NCBI GenBank assembly: GCA_031431875.1
Contig: JANPEF010000055.1
Coordinates: 1-58,018, forward strand
DNA: 58,018 nt
Source of the DNA: Candidatus Eiseniibacteriota bacterium
GTDB taxonomy: Bacteria; Eisenbacteria; RBG-16-71-46; DASYSL01
Direction: 5' to 3'
The notes beneath the pieces were generated by a model that was not told where the DNA came from, searched no databases, and worked only from the letters and a program-made list of their open reading frames with translations. This document shows positions 1 through 8,051 of this stretch, one piece after another; the first letter of the stretch is position 1, and each line of letters begins with the position of its first letter. The translations under genes and the position numbers were made by a program.

Positions 1-1
1 G

Positions 2-427
2 TCCACGTGTGACGGCGCTCACGGCGTCGAGCGCGGGGCCGCTGCAGGCGCCCTGCTCGAGCGCGCACAGGTCGAGCGCGGCGCGCGCCCACGACGTGCC
101 CGGCGCGCTACGCAGCAACACGTCGCGCTCGGCGAGGGAGCGCTCGACATCGCCGGCGGCCAGCAACGCCTCGGCGCGCAGGAAGCGCAGGGCGGCATCC
201 GATGCCGCCGCGCCGGACGCGGGAGCAGCGCCTGCGGCGAGCGCCTCGGCAGCGAGCGCGGCGGCGCGATCGGGGCGGCCGACCTCGAACTCGTAGGCGG
301 CGGCACGGCCCAGCGCCTCGCGGCGGCCGACCGCGGCGGACGCACCGACAGCCGCCCCGGCGAGAGTCGCCAGGACGGCCGTCGCGGCCACGAAGCGTGG
401 CCACGCGAAGCGGAGTCGCTGCGTCAG
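2..427 (-). CDS. Secreted TPR-like helical protein, N-terminal part (runs off window)
   Basis: Not in the ORF track. Hand translation gives LTQRLRFAWPRFVAATAVLATLAGAAVGASA (signal-like), then Ala-rich helices such as FLRAEALLAAGDVERSLAE. Open to the window edge. The start is probably CTG overlapping the upstream TGA, or GTG near 390. Confidence 0.55.
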   Translation of the reverse strand, partial: MTQRLRFAWPRFVAATAVLATLAGAAVGASAAVGRREALGRAAAYEFEVGRPDRAAALAAEALAAGAAPASGAAASDAALRFLRAEALLAAGDVERSLAERDVLLRSAPGTSWARAALDLCALEQGACSGPALDAVSAVTRG

Positions 428-1737
428 GGCGTGGTCTCCGCGATCGCTTCGAGCGTCGAGCCCGTGCCCTCGCCACGCGCGATGAGGCGCAGCAGCGACA
501 ACGCCTCGTTGCGCACCGCGCCGGTCCACTCGACGCGTTCGACGCGCCGGTCGGCCGCCTCGATCTCGACCCGCACCGCGCGCGTGCCGGGACGCACGCG
601 GGCGCGCATCACCTCGCTCCAGGTGCCGGCGTCGAGCGACGTCCACTCGGCGGTGCCGTAGGTGCGGCGCGCGACCTCGACGCCGTCGACGAACGCGCGA
701 AGGGTCGCCGGGCGGGCGCGGCGTTCGATCGCCAGGTAGACCGCGAGCTCGGTCGGCCGTTCGATCGCCAGGTCCTTCTCGGCCGCGGCCAGGCGCGCCT
801 CGCTGCTGGCGAGGAAGCTGTCGGCCTTCGCCTGCTCGAGACGCCATGCGGACAAGCCCGCCAGCGCACGCTCGTAGTCGCGCGCCGCCGGTGCGGTCGT
901 CGCGTGCGACAGCGTATCGAGTGCGGCCTGCGTGGCATGGAGCCGCGACAGCCCGCGCGCCTCGGCAGCGGTCAGGTCCCTGGGCCGCTCGCGGCGCGTG
1001 CGCGGATCGTTGGCCCGCGCCTCGAGCACGGCGAGGAATCCCGCACGATAGGCGACGAGGAACGGCGGCAGGCCGAGCATCGCCGCCGGTGCGTCCGCGC
1101 CCGGCGCGGTTCCGCTGCCGATCTCGGCCCCGCGCGCCGAGATCGTGTTGCCGCGCAGCGCATCGAAGACGCCACCGGCGCCGCGCCCGTCGCCCAGGTA
1201 CCAGGCGGTGCCGCTGCCCAGGCGGGCGGGCAGGAGCCCGCGCGACAGCACGGCCGTGCGAGGTGAACCGATCGCCGCCCGTGCGGAGTTGTCGCTGACG
1301 ATGAACGCGGCGAGGAGCGCGCTCGGCTCGATCCAGCCCGCCTCGATCGGCAGCGAGTCGAACACGAACGGCACCGCGACCGAGGTGAGCCGCCCCGATT
1401 CGGCGAACGTGAACGCGCGCGCTCCCCGATCGGGGGACGAGTAGACGAACGTCCACGCGCGCGCCGACCCGTCGGCGGCCAGCGTGTCGGCGTTCTCGAC
1501 ATAGACCAGGAAGGCATCGCCCGACCACACGTGGGCGGTCGTGTGCGCGCCGGGCAACAGGTCGATGGCACGCAGGAAGCGCACCGGCGGGCGCGTGGCC
1601 GCGCGGGCCGCGATGCTCTCCTCGACTTCGCCGGGACGTGCATGCGCCCGCGACGCGAGACCGCCGAGGAGGCACAACAGGAGAAGACCCGCGAGCACGG
1701 GAACGACGCGTGCGCGGAGCGGGGTACAGGCGAGCAT
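424..1737 (-). CDS. Secreted hypothetical protein with coiled coil and C-terminal beta domain
   Basis: ATG at 1737 follows GGAG. Signal peptide ends ASRAHA. Continuous ORF with coding-like codon bias. Confidence 0.7.
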   Translation of the reverse strand: MLACTPLRARVVPVLAGLLLLCLLGGLASRAHARPGEVEESIAARAATRPPVRFLRAIDLLPGAHTTAHVWSGDAFLVYVENADTLAADGSARAWTFVYSSPDRGARAFTFAESGRLTSVAVPFVFDSLPIEAGWIEPSALLAAFIVSDNSARAAIGSPRTAVLSRGLLPARLGSGTAWYLGDGRGAGGVFDALRGNTISARGAEIGSGTAPGADAPAAMLGLPPFLVAYRAGFLAVLEARANDPRTRRERPRDLTAAEARGLSRLHATQAALDTLSHATTAPAARDYERALAGLSAWRLEQAKADSFLASSEARLAAAEKDLAIERPTELAVYLAIERRARPATLRAFVDGVEVARRTYGTAEWTSLDAGTWSEVMRARVRPGTRAVRVEIEAADRRVERVEWTGAVRNEALSLLRLIARGEGTGSTLEAIAETTP

Positions 1738-1881
1738 GGCGGACTCCGTTCCGAGAGGTGCCAAGGAAGAGCGGGGCCGGCGCGGCCACCGGGGGAATTA
1801 TCGGCGGCTGGCGGGCGGGCCTGAAGCCCAGTCTACAGGAGCAAGTGCAAGTGGGAGCGGGTTTTGTGGCATGATCCGCCG

Positions 1882-4398
1882 ATGCGCCGCCTGCTCGGGT
1901 TCCTGGCCGTTCTCGCCGCCCTCGTCCTCCTTGCCGGGGGCTTCCTCGCCTGGACGATCCAGCGCTCGGTCCCGCCGGCCCGTGAGATGCACGCCGTCCT
2001 GCCCGCCGGGCTCGCGATCACCGCCGACGCAGGGGTGACCATCGACTTCGATGCCCTGGGCACCCCCACGATCCGCGGGGGATCCGAGGCGGCCGTCGCC
2101 TTCGGCCAGGGCTACGCACACGCCCGCGACCGCCGCTTCCAGATGGAACTCCTGCGCCGCACCGCGGCCGGCCGCCTGTCCGAATTGGTGGGCCGCGCCG
2201 CGCTGTCTTCGGACCGCTTCTTCCGCACCCTCGGATTCGCCGTCGTCGCCGATGTGGGCACGGCCCGGCTCGGTCCGCATCGGCGGGCGCTGTTCGAGGC
2301 CTACAGCGCCGGCGTGAACGCGTGGGACGCCACGCACCCGCCGCCGCCCGAGTTCCTGCTGCTCGGTGCGCCGGTCGAGCCGTGGACGCCGCGCGACATC
2401 GGGCTCGCCTCGCTGCTCATGCAACAGGACCAGTGCTGGGAAGCGGCGGGCGACGAGCGCGATCGCGAGATCATGGAATCCGCGTTGTCGCCCGCGCTGG
2501 TCGAGTTCCTCACGCCGGTCGTCACCGCGTGGGACACGCCGCTGCTCGCCGGTGCGGCGCCGGCCGAGGCACCGCTGCCCACGCCCGCGGACGTCGACTT
2601 GCGCACGGCGCGTGCGTGGGCGCCATCACACGCGCCAGTGTCGGTCGCCCTCGCGTTCGGTCCGCGGATGGAACGCGACGGCGCGCAGGGCAGCAACGGC
2701 TGGGCGGTCGCAGGCGCGCGCACGCGCTCCGGCCGCCCGCTGCTGGCCAACGATCCGCACATGACATTGCGTGTGCCGACTCTGTGGCATCGCCAGCGAC
2801 TCGAGTTCGCCGACGACGCGCGCGATGCGGCCGGGGCGCCGCTCGCGCGGGCGATCACCGGCGCGACCTTGCCGGGCGTACCGGGTATCGTTTTCGGCTC
2901 GAATGGCGCGGTCGCATGGGGCGGGACGAATGTGCAGGGCGACTTCGTGGACCTGGTGCGCTGCATGCCAGCCGATGCCGAGACGCTTGCGTATGTAGGG
3001 CCCACCGGGCCCGAACGCTTCGGAGTTCGCCTCGAGGTGATCGCGGTCAAGGGCACTTCGCCTGAGAGCCTCCGCGTGCGCACGACGCGCTTCGGTCCCA
3101 TTGTCGGGCCCTCGCGCGCGAAGGGCGGCGGGCTGCTCGCCGCCCAGTGGTCGGCGCTCGATCCGGCGACGCTCGACACCGACCTGTTGCCGATCGACCG
3201 CGCGACGTCGCTCGACGGGTTTCTCGCCGCGCTCGCGACGTACCGCGGGCCGCAGCTCTCGGTCGTCGTCGCCGACTCGGCGGGGCGGGTGGGCTGGAAG
3301 GTGGGTGGCCTCATGCCGCGCCGTGGCCCGGGCGCTTTCGATCGCGTGCGCGACGCGACCGACCGCGACGCGGCATGGACCGGCTACGTGGCGTGGGACT
3401 CGGTGCCGGCGCTCGTCGACCCGAAGGACGGAGTGATCTTCAGCGCCAACCAGCGCATGGTCGGCGGCCGCGAGTGGGCATTGCTCGGCGGCTCGATCGG
3501 CGCGCCGTGGCGCGCGCGGCGGATCGCCGCGGTGCTGGGCGCCCGCACCGACTTCACGGCGGCCGACATGGGCGTGCTTCAGAACGACCTCGACGCGGCG
3601 TACCTCGAGCCGACAGCCGAGGCGATCGAACGGGCGCTCGCCGCACTGCCCGCGGCCGAGCTTGCCGCCGACGACACGCTGACGCGCGTCGCCGCGATCC
3701 TCGCCGGGCGTGAGCGCCGCGCCGACTCGACGTCGGTCGCGCACGCCTACCTGGTGCAGGCGCGCACCGCGATCCGCCAGGCGCTGGTCGATCCCCTCGT
3801 CGCGCCGTGCGCGGCGGTCGACTCGGAGTTCGTCTACACGTGGCCGCTGGTCGACGAGGTCGTGCGGCGCCTGCTCGCCGCGCGCGCCCCGCACCTGCTG
3901 GACAGCAAGCACGGAGACTACGATGCGGCGCTGTGCTTCGCCGCCCGCCGCGCCGCCGCCACGCTCGGCGCGCGCGTGCCGGGCACGCCGTTCGATCGCA
4001 TCACGTGGGGGCAGGTGAACCGCGGCGACCTGGCGCATCCGCTCGGCGGCGTCTCGCCACTGCTGGCCCGCCTGCTCGACCTGCCACGCCCGGCGTTCGC
4101 CGGCGGCGCCCACGTCGTGCGCGTCATGCAGCCCCGCCACGGGGCATCGTTTCGCATGGTCGCCGATCTCGCCGATCCCGCGGCGTCCACGTTCGCGTTG
4201 CCGGGCGGGCAGAGCGGGCACTTCCGCTCGCCGCACTACGGCGACCAGTTCGCGACCTGGTGGGAGGGGCGTGCGACGCCGCTCGAGCCGGGGCCGCCGG
4301 TGGGGAACAGCCGCCTCACTCCGGGCCGGCGCCCGCGTGTTAGGATTCGCCGTCCCGCGCGCCACGCGCGGCCACGCCATGTTCAGGGAGGTTCATGA
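1882..4398 (+). CDS. Penicillin acylase family Ntn-hydrolase (peptidase S45)
   Basis: Motifs HARDRRFQMELLRRTAAGRLSE, catalytic beta-chain start GSNGWAV, ANDPH, SANQR and PGGQSGH..SPHY.DQ. N-terminal membrane anchor. Confidence 0.92.
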   Translation: MRRLLGFLAVLAALVLLAGGFLAWTIQRSVPPAREMHAVLPAGLAITADAGVTIDFDALGTPTIRGGSEAAVAFGQGYAHARDRRFQMELLRRTAAGRLSELVGRAALSSDRFFRTLGFAVVADVGTARLGPHRRALFEAYSAGVNAWDATHPPPPEFLLLGAPVEPWTPRDIGLASLLMQQDQCWEAAGDERDREIMESALSPALVEFLTPVVTAWDTPLLAGAAPAEAPLPTPADVDLRTARAWAPSHAPVSVALAFGPRMERDGAQGSNGWAVAGARTRSGRPLLANDPHMTLRVPTLWHRQRLEFADDARDAAGAPLARAITGATLPGVPGIVFGSNGAVAWGGTNVQGDFVDLVRCMPADAETLAYVGPTGPERFGVRLEVIAVKGTSPESLRVRTTRFGPIVGPSRAKGGGLLAAQWSALDPATLDTDLLPIDRATSLDGFLAALATYRGPQLSVVVADSAGRVGWKVGGLMPRRGPGAFDRVRDATDRDAAWTGYVAWDSVPALVDPKDGVIFSANQRMVGGREWALLGGSIGAPWRARRIAAVLGARTDFTAADMGVLQNDLDAAYLEPTAEAIERALAALPAAELAADDTLTRVAAILAGRERRADSTSVAHAYLVQARTAIRQALVDPLVAPCAAVDSEFVYTWPLVDEVVRRLLAARAPHLLDSKHGDYDAALCFAARRAAATLGARVPGTPFDRITWGQVNRGDLAHPLGGVSPLLARLLDLPRPAFAGGAHVVRVMQPRHGASFRMVADLADPAASTFALPGGQSGHFRSPHYGDQFATWWEGRATPLEPGPPVGNSRLTPGRRPRVRIRRPARHARPRHVQGGS

Positions 4399-5825
4399 AG
4401 CGCCAGACGAAGATCGTCGCCACACTCGGGCCCGCCACCGCCTCGTACGAGAAGATCCGCGCCCTCGTCGACGCCGGGATGGACGTCGCCCGCCTCAACC
4501 TGTCGCACGGCAGCCAGGACGAGCATCGCGAGATCTATCATCACATCCGTCGCGCCTCCGACGAGTCGGGGCGCGCCGTCGGCGTGCTGCTCGACCTGCA
4601 GGGCCCGAAGATCCGCCTCGGCGAGTTCACCGGGGGTCGCGCCGAGCTGGTCGACGGCGCCACGTTCACCATCACCACCGAGCCCGGCGAGGCCCCGCAC
4701 GGGAATGCGCGGCTGGCCTCGACGACCTACGCCGAGCTGGCGCGCGACGTGAAACCCGGCGACGCGCTGCTGATCGACGACGGGCTCATTCGGCTGGAGG
4801 TCGTCGAGTCCGACGGCGTGCGCGTCACGACGAAGGTGATCGAGGGCGGCCCGGTCAAGGATCACAAGGGCATCAACCTGCCCGGCGTCATCGTGAGTGC
4901 GCCCGCGATGTCCGACAAGGACAAGGCCGACCTCGAGTTCGGCCTGTCCCTGCGCGTCGACATGGTCGCCCTGTCGTTCGTGCGCCGCCCCGAGGACGTG
5001 CGCCAGGCGCGCGAGTTCATGCTCGCCCGCGGCGCCGAGCTGCCGATCATCGCCAAGATCGAGAAGCCCGAGGCCGTGACGCGGCTCAAGGAGATCGTCG
5101 AGGCCGCCGACGCGATCATGGTCGCGCGCGGCGACCTGGGCGTCGAGCTGCCGCTCGAGCGCGTGCCGGTGGTGCAGAAGCAGGCGATCCAGATGGCGCG
5201 TCGCTTCGGCCGCCCGGCCATCGTCGCGACGCAGATGCTCGAGTCGATGATCGAGCACTCGCGCCCGACGCGCGCCGAGGCATCGGACGTGGCGAACGCG
5301 ATCCTCGACGGCGCCGACGCCGTGATGCTCTCGGGAGAGACGAGCGTGGGCCTGTACCCGGTCGAGGCCGTGCAGGTGATGGACCGCATCATTCGCGAGG
5401 CCGAGTCGGCGAAGTTCGACGGTCCCCGCGACCGCCGCTTGCCGGTCGCGACGACCAAGCAGGAGGCGATCGCCGAGGCCGCCGTGCGCGCCGCCTCCGA
5501 GCTGGGCGCCGCCGCGATCGCCGTCTTCACCCAGACCGGCATGGCCGTCAAGTACGTGGCGAAGTATCGCCCGACGGTGCCCCTGCTGGCATTCACCACC
5601 GAGCAGGTCGTGCGCAGCCAGTTGAGCCTGGTGTGGGGCGCCGAGACCTTCATCGTCCCGACCGTCGATCACACCGACGGGATGGTGCAGCAGGTCGAGC
5701 GCGCGATGATCGACCTCGGACGCGGTCGCGAGGGCGACATCGTGATCATCGTCGCCGGCACGCCCCCGGGTCGGCGCGGCACGACGAACATGCTGAAGAT
5801 CCACCGCCTGGGCGATCCGGGCTAG
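4395..5825 (+). CDS. pyk: Pyruvate kinase
   Basis: TKIVATLGP, RLNLSHG, IAKIEK, MVARGDLGVE, ATQMLESM, DAVMLSGET. Confidence 0.97.
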   Translation: MKRQTKIVATLGPATASYEKIRALVDAGMDVARLNLSHGSQDEHREIYHHIRRASDESGRAVGVLLDLQGPKIRLGEFTGGRAELVDGATFTITTEPGEAPHGNARLASTTYAELARDVKPGDALLIDDGLIRLEVVESDGVRVTTKVIEGGPVKDHKGINLPGVIVSAPAMSDKDKADLEFGLSLRVDMVALSFVRRPEDVRQAREFMLARGAELPIIAKIEKPEAVTRLKEIVEAADAIMVARGDLGVELPLERVPVVQKQAIQMARRFGRPAIVATQMLESMIEHSRPTRAEASDVANAILDGADAVMLSGETSVGLYPVEAVQVMDRIIREAESAKFDGPRDRRLPVATTKQEAIAEAAVRAASELGAAAIAVFTQTGMAVKYVAKYRPTVPLLAFTTEQVVRSQLSLVWGAETFIVPTVDHTDGMVQQVERAMIDLGRGREGDIVIIVAGTPPGRRGTTNMLKIHRLGDPG

Positions 5826-5863
5826 AGATCGCGCGCGCCGCGCGCAAAGCGGAAGGAGGGCGC

Positions 5864-6619
5864 ATGTCGAAGGAGCCGTTGGTTCCCGCCGGACCCGACG
5901 AGGTCCGGGTCACGCTCGATCGTCGTGAGCCCGTGGCCGAGGGCACATGGGCGTTCCACCTGGGCCTCGGCGGCACGCACCTGCCGTACGCGCCCGGGCA
6001 GGCCGTCGACCTGCGCTTTCCCGGTGCCACGCGGCCCGACCCGCGCGGCCACGTCCGTCCGTTCTCGCTCGCCGCCGCACCCGGAGCGCCGCGCCTGACC
6101 ATCGCCACCCGCATTCGCGAGAGTCCCTTCAAGCAGGACCTGCTCGAGGCCCCTCTGGGCACGGAGCTGTTCGTGTCGAAGCCGTGGGGCGACTTCGTCG
6201 TCCCGGCCGAGGAGATGGACGTGGTGTTGATCGCCGGCGGCATCGGCGTCACGCCGTTCCGCTCGATGCTGCAGGAGGCGATCGCCACGTCGGCCCGCGC
6301 CGACCTGTCGCTCCTGCACTCGGGCCGCACGCCCGAGGAGACGCCGTTCCTCGACGAGTGTCGCCGCTGGGCCGCGACCCACCCGCACTTCACCTACCTG
6401 CCCACGATGACGAAGGCCGAGCGCTCGCCGCACCCCTGGCTGGGCGAGCGTCGCCGGATCGATGCGCGCTTCCTGCGCGAAGTGCTCGACGACGATGCGC
6501 ACACGGCGCTCTACATGGTCGCGGGGCCCCCGGCGTTCGTCGAGGACGTGGCCTTCGCGCTCGAGAAGATCGGCGTGCCCGACGCGCGCGTGATGCGCGA
6601 CGCGTTCGACGGCTATTGA
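5864..6619 (+). CDS. FAD/NAD(P)-binding oxidoreductase (ferredoxin reductase-like)
   Basis: RBS GGAGG. FAD motif RPFSLA, NAD motif IAGGIGVTPF, MVAGPPAFV, C-terminal FDGY. Confidence 0.88.
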   Translation: MSKEPLVPAGPDEVRVTLDRREPVAEGTWAFHLGLGGTHLPYAPGQAVDLRFPGATRPDPRGHVRPFSLAAAPGAPRLTIATRIRESPFKQDLLEAPLGTELFVSKPWGDFVVPAEEMDVVLIAGGIGVTPFRSMLQEAIATSARADLSLLHSGRTPEETPFLDECRRWAATHPHFTYLPTMTKAERSPHPWLGERRRIDARFLREVLDDDAHTALYMVAGPPAFVEDVAFALEKIGVPDARVMRDAFDGY

Positions 6620-6765
6620 GCGAAGAGCTGCGCGATACGCTCGTCGCCGTTGGCAGCGGCATCGCGATGATGGCCGGCTTCGCGTCGGTCATCGGGATCG
6701 TGATCGGTGGCGCATGGGGCGTGGCGTGGCTCGCCGCGTGGCGGCGGCGGCGGGGCGCAACTTGA
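6616..6765 (+). CDS. Small membrane protein (49 aa)
   Basis: TTG start overlaps the upstream TGA. MSEELRDTLVAVGSGIAMMAGFASVIGIVIGGAWGVAWLAAWRRRRGAT is a hydrophobic stretch with a basic tail. Confidence 0.55.
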   Translation: MSEELRDTLVAVGSGIAMMAGFASVIGIVIGGAWGVAWLAAWRRRRGAT

Positions 6766-6789
6766 GCCGTTGTGGGCGATATCAGGTTT
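6765..6789. repeat. Left copy of 25-bp imperfect direct repeat (islet boundary)
   Basis: AGCCGTTGTGGGCGATATCAGGTTT, 22/25 identical to 11455-11479. Confidence 0.7.
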
Positions 6790-6825
6790 CGAGACCGCCC
6801 GATTCAGCCGCTCGGGCACCTCTCC
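6787..6825 (-). pseudogene. 5' half of tRNA-Ser(CGA), truncated at the anticodon loop
   Basis: Minus strand reads GGAGAGGTGCCCGAGCGGCTGAATCGGGCGGTCTCGAAA: acceptor 5' strand, Ser-type D arm and anticodon loop CTCGAAA. No variable arm, T arm or 3' acceptor strand follows. Confidence 0.8.
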
Positions 6826-6991
6826 GAGGCGGTTCCAACGTTATACGCGACAACACGCAAACGGGATCAGTCGGCATCATCGAGCTTTGCGGGGCGGTCC
6901 AGCAGAGCGTCCCGCTCTCTCAATTCTCAGGGAATTCCGTGATTCCCGGGACCACGAGCGTTCGTCATTCGGGCGTCCGCAGCGCAGCCAC

Positions 6992-7351
6992 TCAACTCGG
7001 GCTCGTCGAATCTGGGAACTCCGCGTGCAGGATCGCAGACACTTGACGGCGGAGTATCGGGACAAGATCCGTCGCCGTGTTCCAAACGATCGGCCAGTCC
7101 AGACCGAAGTACTCGTGAACAACGAAGTTGCGGAAGGCAACGATCTTCGCCCAAGGGACTTCTCGATGGCGGATCCGGAAGTCCTCGGTGAGCCGGGAGG
7201 CTCCCTCACCGATCACGGTCAACTCGTGAAGCACCGCCGCACGGATCGTCACATCTCCCAGGAAGCTTTCGCGATCCTGCCCGGCGATGTGTATGACGAC
7301 GTTGTCTGCCGCCTCGATGATATCGAGGAGGTAGAGGCGCTCAGGCCGCAT
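6992..7351 (-). CDS. HepT-like (DUF86) HEPN ribonuclease toxin
   Basis: RX4HXY motif RNFVVHEY. Overlaps the upstream nucleotidyltransferase gene. Confidence 0.9.
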   Translation of the reverse strand: MRPERLYLLDIIEAADNVVIHIAGQDRESFLGDVTIRAAVLHELTVIGEGASRLTEDFRIRHREVPWAKIVAFRNFVVHEYFGLDWPIVWNTATDLVPILRRQVSAILHAEFPDSTSPS

Positions 7352-7646
7352 AGAGCACTTGCGCCTCGGCGAGCACTTCCCCGCGCAGCGCCGGCTTCAA
7401 TCCGTTCTTCGGCACGAGGTCGACCGGCCGTCTGAAGAGCACCGAGAGCTCCGCCTGGAGTTCGATCAGCGTAAAGAGCGTCACACGCGCGCTCTCCTCG
7501 AAAAGCACGAGAAGGTCTACGTCACTGTCCGCTCCGGTCTCTCCGCGTGCCGCGGAGCCGAAGACCGCCAACTCGCGGACTTGGTAACGAGCACACAGGG
7601 CCGCCAGCGCCTCCTCCGACACGCTCATCTTTTCTGCCGGACTCAT
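7341..7646 (-). CDS. Minimal nucleotidyltransferase antitoxin (MntA-like)
   Basis: GSX10DXD motif FGSAARGETGADSDVD. RBS GGAGGG before ATG 7646. Confidence 0.9.
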   Translation of the reverse strand: MSPAEKMSVSEEALAALCARYQVRELAVFGSAARGETGADSDVDLLVLFEESARVTLFTLIELQAELSVLFRRPVDLVPKNGLKPALRGEVLAEAQVLYAA

Positions 7647-7796
7647 GCTTCCCTCCGTCGTGCTGGGGTCCATTTGGCCGCCGCCATCGAGGTCTTCACG
7701 TGCAATGGGACTGGGCCTAGTTTCGCACACATCACCCTCGGGCCGGGCACTGGGCCGTGGCCCTCGGGAGATGCCCACGTCAGTGAGAATTGCGGA

Positions 7797-7877
7797 GTGC
7801 ACCTCGCCCACCCCGCCCGCACCGAGCGGCGCGACGATCTGGTACGGGCCGAGCTTGGTGCTGGCGGCGAAGGCCAC
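7797..7877 (-). pseudogene. N-terminal remnant of a Ser/Thr protein kinase
   Basis: MAFAASTKLGPYQIVAPLGAGGVGEVH is a Gly-rich loop, after which the sequence becomes unrelated. Confidence 0.75.
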
Positions 7878-8051
7878 CCGCGGAATCTACGTCAGACTGT
7901 GACTTCCGCCGACCGGAGGTGCCGCGCCCGGCCGAAAGACCGCGGGATGTCTTCGCAGTGGCTGCTGGAGGGCCTCCAAACGGTCGCCCTGCCGTAGAGC
8001 GGGGCCAGGTTCTGCTACACTCCGCCCTGCTTCGTGCCCAGAGGAGTCTCC

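Noticed and set aside
7647..7796. Functional kinase-MNT fusion protein
   Set aside because: The linker looks non-coding and mntA has its own strong RBS.
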